A DNA stretch of 36,375 nt from Fidelibacterota bacterium UBA2980 (GCA_002348725.1 DEAO01000010.1:12061-48435), one strand, 5' to 3'. Numbered from the stretch's first letter, positions 27,711 to 36,207 are shown. Numbers and translations are program-made. The notes: generated from the letters alone by a model not told the origin.

Positions 27711-28274
27711 ATGATTGGAGTCCTTGCGCTTCAAGGAAATTTTTCTTCTCATGTCAAAGTTTTAGGTTTACTTGGACATAATTCGAAACTAGTAAAGTCT
27801 CCAAAAGATTTAGATGATATTGATGGTCTGATTATACCTGGAGGGGAATCTACAACAATGACTAAATTGATTAATAGAGACAAGAAATTTCTCAAATCAA
27901 TTCAATTATTTTCAAAAAATCACCCTATTCTTGGCACATGCGCTGGATTGATTCTTATGTCAAAAGATAGTTTCGATAGTAAAGTTATAAATCTGGGAAT
28001 TATTGATATTGAATCAACAAGAAATGCATATGGTAGGCAAGTCCATTCTTTTGATACAGAATTAAGTTTAAAACATGTTTCAAACAATGATTCTTTCAAA
28101 GCCTCTTTTATTCGTGCTCCTAAGATTTCTAAAGTAGGAAAAAATGTTGAAGTCATTTGTACTCACAATGATTTGCCTGTTGCAATTAAAGATGGAATGC
28201 ATGTTGCAACAACATTTCATCCTGAGCTAAAAAATGAAACAATAATACATAGACTATGTTTTGGAGATAAGTAG
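27711..28274 (+). CDS. pdxT: Pyridoxal 5'-phosphate synthase, glutaminase subunit
   Basis: Motifs: GVLALQGN, IIPGGESTT, catalytic GTCAGLILM and FHPEL. Confidence 0.9.
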   Translation: MIGVLALQGNFSSHVKVLGLLGHNSKLVKSPKDLDDIDGLIIPGGESTTMTKLINRDKKFLKSIQLFSKNHPILGTCAGLILMSKDSFDSKVINLGIIDIESTRNAYGRQVHSFDTELSLKHVSNNDSFKASFIRAPKISKVGKNVEVICTHNDLPVAIKDGMHVATTFHPELKNETIIHRLCFGDK

Positions 28275-30134
28275 ATGGATTTAAAATATTTATCAAATAT
28301 TAATTCTCCAGAAGATTTGAAGAATTATTCCAAAAAGGATTTAAAGCCTATATCTAATGAATTAAGAGAATATATTACATCTACTGTTAATGAGATTGGT
28401 GGACATTTGGCTTCTACATTGGGCGTTGTTGAACTTACTACCGCACTTCACTATGTGTATGATGCTCCTAAAGATAAAATTATCTGGGATACTGGTCATC
28501 AAGCATATGCTCATAAAGTACTGACAGGTAGATTTTCTTCTCTTAAAACTATTAGAAAATATAAAGGTTTGAGCGGTTTCTTAAAACGAAGTGAAAGTGA
28601 ATATGATGTTTTTGGAGCCGGACATGCGTCTACATCTATTTCTGCTGGTTTAGGTATTGCTTCTTCAAGAGATTTAAATAATGAAAACTTTAAAGTTGTT
28701 AGCGTTATTGGTGACGGAGCTTTAACAGGAGGATTGGCATATGAAGCATTAAATAATGCTGGAAATGCAAGAAAACAACTACTGGTTATTTTGAATGATA
28801 ATCAAATGTCAATTAGTCCAAATGTAGGAGCTATGAGAAATTATCTCATGAAAATTTCCACAAATAAATATTACAATTACATAAGGACAAAAATTGGAAA
28901 TTTACCTGATATAGCTTATGGAAAGACATTATTAAGAAGAATGGAGTCTAGCGCAAAAAATTTCTTCCTTCCAAGAACAGTATTTGAAGATTTAGGTTTC
29001 AGATATTTTGGTCCAGTAGATGGGCATGATGTTAATCTTCTTGTGAATACATTAGAGAAAATTAAAGACTTGCCAGGTCCAGTAGTTTTACATACTGTGA
29101 CAAAAAAAGGAAAAGGAATCGATTATGCAGAAAAAGATCCTATCAAATATCATGGTGTAAAAGCAAAAAAAATTGGTGAAGATAAAACTTCAGCTCAAAC
29201 TGTTCCTATTTTCCAAAATGTTTTTGGTTCTCTTTGCTGTAGCTTTGCAAATGAAAATGAAAAAATTGTTTGTATCACTGCTGCAATGAGAGAAGGAACT
29301 GGTTTAGTAAAATTTTCAAAAGAATTTCCAGATAGATATTTTGATGTTGGAATTGCAGAAGCTCATGGTGTAACCTTTGCTGCTGGGTTATCTATAAATG
29401 GAAGTATTCCTATTGTTGCAATCTATTCCACATTTCTTCAGCGCGGTTATGATCAAATGATTCACGATATAGCAATTCAGAAATTGCCAGTAATTTTTTG
29501 TTTAGATAGATCTGGTTTAGTTGGAGAGGATGGTCCTACTCATCATGGTGCATTAGATATAGCATATATGCGTTGTATTCAAGGAATGATAGTTACTGCT
29601 CCAAAAGATGGAAATGAATTAAAAAATTTATTACATACTGCTATTAATTATAATGATGGTCCATTTAGCATTCGATATCCAAAAGATTCATCTATAGCTT
29701 TTGATAAAGAAATTTCTGGAGAGAATATTCAAATTGGGAGTTGGGAGAGACTAAAAAGAGGAACAGACATAGCTCTTTTGGCAGTTGGATCAATGGTTGA
29801 TAAAGCGTTGGATGTTGCTAATAAGTTAGAATCTAATAATATCCACTGTGAAGTAATTAATTGTAGATTTATTAAACCAATGGATGAAAAATATTTAAAT
29901 GAATCTTTAAGAAATTTTTCTAAAATTGTTACACTTGAAGAAGGAGTATTAGATGGCGGTTTTGGAGAAGGTGTTTCAGGGTGGTTATCTTCGGTGAAAG
30001 CAAAAAATGATTTATTAAGGATTGGATTACCTAATAATTTTGTTGAACATGGTCCTAGGAAAGTTTTGCTTGAAGAAGTCGGTCTTGATTCTGAATCTTT
30101 AAGTAAAAAAGTTTTAAGTTTTATAAATAACTAA
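28275..30134 (+). CDS. dxs: 1-deoxy-D-xylulose-5-phosphate synthase
   Basis: Motifs: GGHLASTLGVVELTTALHYV, WDTGHQAYAHK, the TPP motif GDGALTGG...NDN, and GEDGPTHHG. Confidence 0.95.
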   Translation: MDLKYLSNINSPEDLKNYSKKDLKPISNELREYITSTVNEIGGHLASTLGVVELTTALHYVYDAPKDKIIWDTGHQAYAHKVLTGRFSSLKTIRKYKGLSGFLKRSESEYDVFGAGHASTSISAGLGIASSRDLNNENFKVVSVIGDGALTGGLAYEALNNAGNARKQLLVILNDNQMSISPNVGAMRNYLMKISTNKYYNYIRTKIGNLPDIAYGKTLLRRMESSAKNFFLPRTVFEDLGFRYFGPVDGHDVNLLVNTLEKIKDLPGPVVLHTVTKKGKGIDYAEKDPIKYHGVKAKKIGEDKTSAQTVPIFQNVFGSLCCSFANENEKIVCITAAMREGTGLVKFSKEFPDRYFDVGIAEAHGVTFAAGLSINGSIPIVAIYSTFLQRGYDQMIHDIAIQKLPVIFCLDRSGLVGEDGPTHHGALDIAYMRCIQGMIVTAPKDGNELKNLLHTAINYNDGPFSIRYPKDSSIAFDKEISGENIQIGSWERLKRGTDIALLAVGSMVDKALDVANKLESNNIHCEVINCRFIKPMDEKYLNESLRNFSKIVTLEEGVLDGGFGEGVSGWLSSVKAKNDLLRIGLPNNFVEHGPRKVLLEEVGLDSESLSKKVLSFINN

Positions 30135-30137
30135 AAA

Positions 30138-31715
30138 ATGACAAAAAAAAGAAAATATAATTTTGATACAATTAGTGGTAACACATTAAAAGACTACTAT
30201 AACGCTAAAGATAATCCTTTGAATCCGGGTGATTTTCCATATACAAGAGGAATTCATAGTAATATGTATAGAGGAAAGCTATGGACCATGAGACAGTTTT
30301 CTGGATTTAGCACTCCTGAAGAAACAAATGAGAGATATAAATATTTGTTAGAAAATGGCCAAACTGGTCTTTCTGTTGCCTATGACATGCCGACCTTGAT
30401 GGGATATGACCCTGATCATGAATTGTCAGAAGGAGAAGTTGGTGTTTGTGGGGTTAATGTTTCTTCTTTAGATGATATGGAAACATTATTCAAAGATATC
30501 GATTTAGAAAAAATATCTATATCACAAACAATTAATGGTCCAGCAATTATTTTGTTTGCATTTTATGTTGCGTTAGCAAAAAAGAATAAAATAGATATTA
30601 GTAAACTAAGAGGCACATTGCAGAATGATGCATTAAAAGAATATATTGCACAGAAAGAGTGGATTTTTCCTCCATCACCATCTGTAAAACTTGTAGTAGA
30701 TGTGATTGAGTTCTGTTCAAAAAATATGCCTCTATATAATCCAGTATCAATTAGTGGCTATCATATCAGAGAAGCTGGATCGACTGCAGCACAAGAATTA
30801 GCTTTTACTTTAAATAATGGTTTTGTTTATATAGAAGAATGCTTAGATAGAGGATTAAAGATTGATGACTTTGCACATAGGCTATCTTTCTTTTTTAATT
30901 CACATATTGATTTTTTTGAAGAGATTGCAAAGTATAGAGCTGCTAGACGTATATGGGCCAATACTCTCAAAGAGAAATACAATGCAGAAAATGAAAATTC
31001 TTTAAAATTAAAATTTCATACTCAAACAGCTGGATGTTCACTCACTGCTCAACAGCCTGAAAATAATATTGTTAGAACTGCTTATGAAGCAATGGCTGCT
31101 GTATTAGGTGGAACAAATTCTTTACATACCAATGCTCTTGATGAAACATTAGCTCTTCCTTCTGAAAAAGCTGCAAAAATTGCTTTAAGAACTCAGCAAG
31201 TTCTTGCATATGAAACTGGCGTTGCTAGTGTTGCGGATCCTTTAGGTGGGTCATGGTATGTTGAAGATATGACTGATCGTATTGAAAAAGAAGCCATGGA
31301 ATATTTTAAGGTTATTGAAAGTTTAGGCGGTACAATTAATGCAATTGAAGAAGGATACTTTCAAAAAGAAATTGCTGATTCTGCATCTATTTATCAAGAA
31401 TCAATTGATACAAATGATAGGATTATTGTAGGGATAAATGATTTTATTGAAAAAGATGAAAAGCTAGATATAGACATACTGGAAATCTCTGAAGCGGCTC
31501 AAAAAACTCAAGAAAAGAAAGTAAAAGATTTGAGAAAGAATCGTGATTCAAAATCTTTAAATGAAGAAATGAAAAAATTAAGAAATGCTTGTAAAGATAA
31601 TGTAAATTTAGTCCCTTATCTAGTTTCTGTAGCAGAAAAAGGTGGTACTGTTGGAGAAATTGTTGAGGTAATGAAGAGTGTCTATGGAGAATGGCAAGAA
31701 TCATTTGGATTTTAG
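30138..31715 (+). CDS. icmA: Adenosylcobalamin-dependent acyl-CoA mutase, large (substrate-binding) subunit without a B12-binding domain. The Phe/Gln site signature suggests isobutyryl-CoA mutase (IcmA-like) rather than methylmalonyl-CoA mutase.
   Basis: WTMRQFSGFSTPEETNERYKYLL..GQTGLSVAYDMPTLMGYD and GTLQNDALKEYIAQKEWIFPP. F54 (30297..30299) and Q172 (30651..30653) occupy the positions of MCM Tyr89 and Arg207. The protein ends after the TIM-barrel and linker region with no Rossmann B12 domain. Confidence 0.6.
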   Translation: MTKKRKYNFDTISGNTLKDYYNAKDNPLNPGDFPYTRGIHSNMYRGKLWTMRQFSGFSTPEETNERYKYLLENGQTGLSVAYDMPTLMGYDPDHELSEGEVGVCGVNVSSLDDMETLFKDIDLEKISISQTINGPAIILFAFYVALAKKNKIDISKLRGTLQNDALKEYIAQKEWIFPPSPSVKLVVDVIEFCSKNMPLYNPVSISGYHIREAGSTAAQELAFTLNNGFVYIEECLDRGLKIDDFAHRLSFFFNSHIDFFEEIAKYRAARRIWANTLKEKYNAENENSLKLKFHTQTAGCSLTAQQPENNIVRTAYEAMAAVLGGTNSLHTNALDETLALPSEKAAKIALRTQQVLAYETGVASVADPLGGSWYVEDMTDRIEKEAMEYFKVIESLGGTINAIEEGYFQKEIADSASIYQESIDTNDRIIVGINDFIEKDEKLDIDILEISEAAQKTQEKKVKDLRKNRDSKSLNEEMKKLRNACKDNVNLVPYLVSVAEKGGTVGEIVEVMKSVYGEWQESFGF

Positions 31716-31720
31716 TTTAG

Positions 31721-32128
31721 ATGAATAAAGTTTATACATCATTAATATTAGTTTTTGGCCTGGTTGTTTTATGGACAATATATCTTACCAATGTGAAAGA
31801 AGATGAAAATCTTACAGTGCGTTACTATACCATTAAAGAATTAACAATGGAAGATAAGTCTATTACTAAAGTAAAGGTTGGAGGTTTGATAAAACCGAAT
31901 TCAATTGACATTAATGAATCAAATCGACTAGAAGTATGGTTCTATGTTTATCAAGGAGAAGATAGCCTTAAAGTATATTATAATGGGACCAGACCTGATC
32001 TATTCAAGGATGATGCTGAAGTTGTTGTCTCAGGTGAGTTTAACAATGATCTAATTACAGCAACGGAATTGCAAACAAAATGCGCTTCTCGATATGAAGG
32101 CGATTTAAAAAATATAAATAGTACATAA
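31721..32128 (+). CDS. ccmE: Cytochrome c maturation heme chaperone CcmE, variant with C-x-x-x-Y heme-binding motif
   Basis: It has an N-terminal anchor and an OB-fold. The segments VKVGGLIKPNSI, RPDLFKDDAEVVVSGEF and LQTKCASRYEG align with E. coli LRVGGMV.PGSV, LPDLFREGQGVVVQGEL and LAKHDENYTP. Confidence 0.85.
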   Translation: MNKVYTSLILVFGLVVLWTIYLTNVKEDENLTVRYYTIKELTMEDKSITKVKVGGLIKPNSIDINESNRLEVWFYVYQGEDSLKVYYNGTRPDLFKDDAEVVVSGEFNNDLITATELQTKCASRYEGDLKNINST

Positions 32129-34098
32129 TGGTATCTCAGATTGGAAGTTTAGCCTTAAGTATTGCAAGTGGCTTAATTTTATCCACTTTTTTCTTTCTTA
32201 TTTATTATAGATTAACAAAAGATAAGCTTTTCATTGATTTATCAGAACGTTCCATGATTGCTACATGCTTATCTATTATCCTTGCTACCATATGTCTTTT
32301 AAATGAGTTGTTGATTAGCAATTTTAACTTACAATATGTAGCACAATATACTAGTTACGAAACACCGATGTTTTATAAGGTAACATCTTTGTGGGCTGGC
32401 CAAGCAGGTTCATTACTTTTTTGGACATTTATTATGTCTATATATACATTGATATACATATTTTTTACTTTGAATAAAATTAAAGCCCTCAAATATCATT
32501 CATATTTCATCTTTGCTATTATATTCGGGTTTTTTCTTATTCTATCTAATTTTATAGCAAATCCATTTGAGCCAGTTTCTCCCGATATTATTGTTCAAAA
32601 TGGAAACGGGCTAAATCCTTTATTGCAAAATGTTACAATGGCTATTCATCCACCAATTCTTTATTTGGGATTCATTGGAACAACCATTCTATTTGTAATG
32701 ACATTAGCTGCTTTGATCATGGATGAGATTAATTATCAATGGATTAAATCTATAAGATCATGGGCATTGATTGTTTGGACATTTTTATCAGCAGGAATTA
32801 TTTTGGGAGGATATTGGGCCTATCAAGAGCTTGGATGGGGAGGATATTGGGCATGGGATCCAGTAGAAAATTCTTCTCTTATGCCTTGGTTCTTATTGAC
32901 AGCATTTATTCATTCATCAATAATTCAAGAAAAAAGAGGGATGCTAAAGACATGGAATGTTCTTTTAGCTTCCTTAACATATATCTTTGTTATACTTGGT
33001 ACTTTTATTACTAGAAGTGGTATTATTTCCTCTGTCCATTCATTTACTGCTGAGTCTTTAGGTCCTTTGTTTTTTGCATTTTTGTGCACATTAATTTTGT
33101 TAACATTTTTTTGGTTTTTTAAGCATTATCATCTGTTAGTTTCAGAGGAAAAAATTAAATCTTTCACATCAAGAGAAGGTGGTTTCTTATATAATAATTT
33201 AATTCTGATAACTATGTGTTTTATTGTATTATGGGGAACGCTTTTTCCTATTATATCGGAAGCTTGGAGTGGAGAAAAAATTCATATAGGTCAAAATTAT
33301 TTTAATCAGTTAAATGTTCCTATTGGAATATTTCTTTTATTCTTAATGGGTGTTGGTCCTTTATTGTCTTGGAAAAAAACTTCTAATTCTACTTTAATTT
33401 CGAATTTTAAAATTCCAATGATAGCAAGCTTTATTATGGGTTCACTATATATGATATTTACAGATGGATTTCGATTCTATCCGTTTGTAGCACTTTTAGG
33501 AATTGTTTTTACTTTAACAGCAATAAGCATTGAGTTTAAAAAATCATTTGATAGCCATTACTCAAAAAATCCTTCTTTTTTTAAAGCAATATTTAATCTT
33601 TTATCACACAATCGTCACAAAAATGGAGGATATATAGTTCATATAGGAATAACACTATTATTTGTTGGTTTTGTTGGAAGAGCTTTTGAAGCAGAAAAAG
33701 AATTTGTATTAAGTCCTGGTGAGCAAATTTATTTTGCAAACCATGTCTTTAGATTAAATAGTGTCACAAGCGAAGCAAGGGATAATCATTATGCATTTAT
33801 TAGCAATATGGATGTTATTGATGAGAGCAATGCTTATATAACAACTTTATATCCTGAAAAAAGAATCTATTTTTATTGGAATCCAGATCCAGAAAAACGA
33901 CAACCGCATAGTGAGCTTGATATTCATAGCACAATGAATAAAGATATTTACTCTGTTTTTTCATCATATGATCCAGAAAAAAACGAGGCTTATTTTAAAA
34001 TTATGATCAATCCTTTGGTTAATTGGGTGTGGATTGGCGGTATCATGATAGTTTTAGGTTCTTTGTTTGCATTTTGGCCATCTTCAAGGAGAGATTAA
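32128..34098 (+). CDS. ccmF: Cytochrome c-type biogenesis protein CcmF (heme lyase component)
   Basis: TAATG coupling to ccmE. It is a 656-aa polytopic protein with the WWD motif WGGYWAWDPVENSSLMPW. Confidence 0.9.
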   Translation: MVSQIGSLALSIASGLILSTFFFLIYYRLTKDKLFIDLSERSMIATCLSIILATICLLNELLISNFNLQYVAQYTSYETPMFYKVTSLWAGQAGSLLFWTFIMSIYTLIYIFFTLNKIKALKYHSYFIFAIIFGFFLILSNFIANPFEPVSPDIIVQNGNGLNPLLQNVTMAIHPPILYLGFIGTTILFVMTLAALIMDEINYQWIKSIRSWALIVWTFLSAGIILGGYWAYQELGWGGYWAWDPVENSSLMPWFLLTAFIHSSIIQEKRGMLKTWNVLLASLTYIFVILGTFITRSGIISSVHSFTAESLGPLFFAFLCTLILLTFFWFFKHYHLLVSEEKIKSFTSREGGFLYNNLILITMCFIVLWGTLFPIISEAWSGEKIHIGQNYFNQLNVPIGIFLLFLMGVGPLLSWKKTSNSTLISNFKIPMIASFIMGSLYMIFTDGFRFYPFVALLGIVFTLTAISIEFKKSFDSHYSKNPSFFKAIFNLLSHNRHKNGGYIVHIGITLLFVGFVGRAFEAEKEFVLSPGEQIYFANHVFRLNSVTSEARDNHYAFISNMDVIDESNAYITTLYPEKRIYFYWNPDPEKRQPHSELDIHSTMNKDIYSVFSSYDPEKNEAYFKIMINPLVNWVWIGGIMIVLGSLFAFWPSSRRD

Positions 34099-34187
34099 TG
34101 GAAGTTTTCAATCAGATATTTATTTTTTCATTTTGTTTGATAATTATTTTGTATGTTTTCTACCCTCTATTGAAAAGGTTAAAATAG
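34098..34187 (+). CDS. 29-aa single-TM micro-ORF filling the ccmF-ccmA gap (hypothetical, CcmD-like topology)
   Basis: Not in the ORF track. My translation is MEVFNQIFIFSFCLIIILYVFYPLLKRLK. Its ATG overlaps the ccmF TAA (TAATG) and its TAG overlaps the ccmA GTG (TAGTG). Chance hydrophobic ORFs are common in AT-rich DNA, hence the moderate confidence. Confidence 0.4.
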   Translation: MEVFNQIFIFSFCLIIILYVFYPLLKRLK

Positions 34188-34792
34188 TGTTAGAAATAAA
34201 AAATATTAGAAAATCTTTTTCAAGCAATTGTGTTCTTGATGATATTAGTTGCAATTTTAGCAAGGGAAAGATTATTGCATTATTAGGCCAAAACGGTTCT
34301 GGTAAGACAACGTTTTTGAAGTGTCTAGGTAATATTATGAACATTGATAGTGGCCAAATCGATTACAATAATAGTAATTTTATTTTTATCAATGATAAAC
34401 CAAATATATTTGGAGATTTAACCATTTATGAAAACTTGAGATATATTTTATCGATTTATAATCAAAAATTTGATTCAGATAAGTATCAAAAATCTATTAA
34501 AGACTTAGGTTTAAAGTCTATGCAATCTATCCCTTTGAAACATTTGTCAGCAGGGAATATTCAGCGAAACAAGATATTAATTGCTTTAAATACTAATTGG
34601 GAATATTTATTGATTGATGAACCATTTTCGAATTTAGACAAAGAAGGTTCAATCATTGTAAAAGAGATATTCTCAGACTTAAAAAACCAGAACAAAACAA
34701 TATTATTTTCTACACATAATTTTATACATATCTCCGATATATGTGACATGTCATTTCAAATCAAAGGTGGGAAATTTTCTAACCATGATTAA
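34187..34792 (+). CDS. ccmA: Heme exporter ATP-binding protein CcmA
   Basis: GTG start giving VLEIKNIRKSF, the usual ABC N-terminus. Walker A is GQNGSGKTT, the signature is LSAGNIQR and Walker B is LLIDEPFSNLD. The track's TTG at 34067 lies inside ccmF and adds an atypical 40-aa extension. Confidence 0.75.
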   Translation: MLEIKNIRKSFSSNCVLDDISCNFSKGKIIALLGQNGSGKTTFLKCLGNIMNIDSGQIDYNNSNFIFINDKPNIFGDLTIYENLRYILSIYNQKFDSDKYQKSIKDLGLKSMQSIPLKHLSAGNIQRNKILIALNTNWEYLLIDEPFSNLDKEGSIIVKEIFSDLKNQNKTILFSTHNFIHISDICDMSFQIKGGKFSNHD

Positions 34793-35444
34793 TTTGATTA
34801 AAAATGAATTTTTCTTTGAGAGAAAATCTTCTAATAATTTATTCTATATGACTTTCTTCTCTTTTTCTTGTTTAATAATTATGTTTTTTTCTCTTCCACC
34901 GTCAAAATTGGAAGATATTGGCGTTTTGTCAGGATTCTTTTGGATTATTGTATCTCTGGTATCAATTAAATTAATTGAAAACTCTTTTATAAGAGAGAAA
35001 GAATATGGGATTTATGATATAATTTATTCTTTACCATCAGATAAATTTTTGATTTTTGCATCAAAGACAATTGCATTTTCTTTAATTCTGCTTGCAATAG
35101 AAGCATTTCTTTTATGTGGATATATATTGATTTCTTCTAATATTACAATAACAGTCGCTATAAAAATTTTAGCTGTTTGTTTATTATCAAATATAGGTCT
35201 AATTAGTTTAGGAATATTAATTTATCTTATCACAAGCTTGAGCAATAGTAGAAGCTTTCTTTTTCCATTGATATTATTTCCACTTATTATTCCTATTCTA
35301 GTTCACTCTTCAAACTTATTTATTTTGATTGCCTTAGAAGAAAAAATATCTTTGTATAACGAATCAGTTTTCTTGTTATTAACTTTTGCAATCGTTTCAA
35401 TGATTTTTGGTATTAATTTTTTTGATAGGTTAGTTAAATATTAA
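34785..35444 (+). CDS. ccmB: Heme exporter membrane protein CcmB
   Basis: The ATG at 34785 overlaps the ccmA stop (ATGATTAA). It is a roughly 219-aa six-TM protein between ccmA and ccmC. The call rests on position, size and topology. Confidence 0.7.
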   Translation: MINLIKNEFFFERKSSNNLFYMTFFSFSCLIIMFFSLPPSKLEDIGVLSGFFWIIVSLVSIKLIENSFIREKEYGIYDIIYSLPSDKFLIFASKTIAFSLILLAIEAFLLCGYILISSNITITVAIKILAVCLLSNIGLISLGILIYLITSLSNSRSFLFPLILFPLIIPILVHSSNLFILIALEEKISLYNESVFLLLTFAIVSMIFGINFFDRLVKY

Positions 35445-36091
35445 TGAACTTAACATTATTTATATTATCAATTATTTTGATGTCATGTAATTTGGTTTGG
35501 ATTATTTTTTTTACACCGATGGTTCCAGATCAAGAATGGGCACAAAAAATATTTTATTTTCACGTTCCTCTAGCATGGGTTGGATTCTTATCCTATTTTT
35601 TTGTAATGGTTTCTGGTGTATCATATCTTTTTTCCAAAGATTTAAAATATGACCGCATGGGACATGCATCAGCTGAAATTGGTACTTTATTTACCGGTTT
35701 AGTATTAATTACTGGACCCATATGGGCAACGCCTATATGGGGTCAACCTTGGGTTTGGGAACCTCGATTAATCACAACATTAGTTTTATTCCTTATATAT
35801 GTTGGATATTTTGTTTTACGTAACATTGGCATATATAGACAGAGATTAGCATTAATATGTGCTATTATTGGCATTATAGCATTTATAGATATTCCAATTA
35901 TTTTTGCTTCTGTTAATTTTTGGGCTGCAGAAATTCAATCTCATCCTCAGATGGGAATGTCAAAACAACCTTCAGGTATTTTAACACCATTTCTATTTTC
36001 TCTATTTTCTTTTACTATGCTTTTTTTTACTATGTTATTATTCAAAATGAAAGTTTTATATTTAAACGACAAGCGAGAGAATTATGTTTAG
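35444..36091 (+). CDS. ccmC: Heme exporter protein CcmC
   Basis: TAATG coupling to ccmB. It has the conserved His context FYFHVPLAW and the Trp-rich motif WGQPWVWEPRL, with Glu where canonical CcmC has Asp. Confidence 0.85.
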   Translation: MNLTLFILSIILMSCNLVWIIFFTPMVPDQEWAQKIFYFHVPLAWVGFLSYFFVMVSGVSYLFSKDLKYDRMGHASAEIGTLFTGLVLITGPIWATPIWGQPWVWEPRLITTLVLFLIYVGYFVLRNIGIYRQRLALICAIIGIIAFIDIPIIFASVNFWAAEIQSHPQMGMSKQPSGILTPFLFSLFSFTMLFFTMLLFKMKVLYLNDKRENYV

Positions 36092-36188
36092 TTATTTAAG
36101 TTATTTTTTATCAGCATTGTTTGTTGTATTTTTTGCCATTAGTTTTTGGTTTATTTTTAATATCAAACAATTAAAAAAGATGGATTAA
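36084..36188 (+). CDS. ccmD: 34-aa single-TM peptide in the canonical CcmD position
   Basis: Not in the ORF track. My translation is MFSYLSYFLSALFVVFFAISFWFIFNIKQLKKMD. Its ATG overlaps the ccmC stop (ATGTTTAG). One TM plus a basic tail matches CcmD architecture. Confidence 0.5.
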   Translation: MFSYLSYFLSALFVVFFAISFWFIFNIKQLKKMD

Positions 36189-36207
36189 TAAGGGGGATTT
36201 AAAAAAT

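Noticed and set aside
30135-30137. B12 riboswitch in front of the acyl-CoA mutase, or TPP or PLP-related leaders in front of dxs or pdxS
   Set aside because: The gaps are 0-3 nt, or the genes overlap, so there is no room for any structured leader.
34067-34186. N-terminal 40-aa extension of ccmA as drawn in the ORF track (start at 34067)
   Set aside because: The start codon there is a TTG inside ccmF. The extra residues (HFGHLQGEINGSFQSDIYFFILFDNYF...) precede the normal ABC N-terminus (V/M)LEIKNIRKSF and have no counterpart in CcmA proteins. A GTG at 34187 gives a canonical N-terminus. A coupled micro-ORF occupies the gap in another frame.
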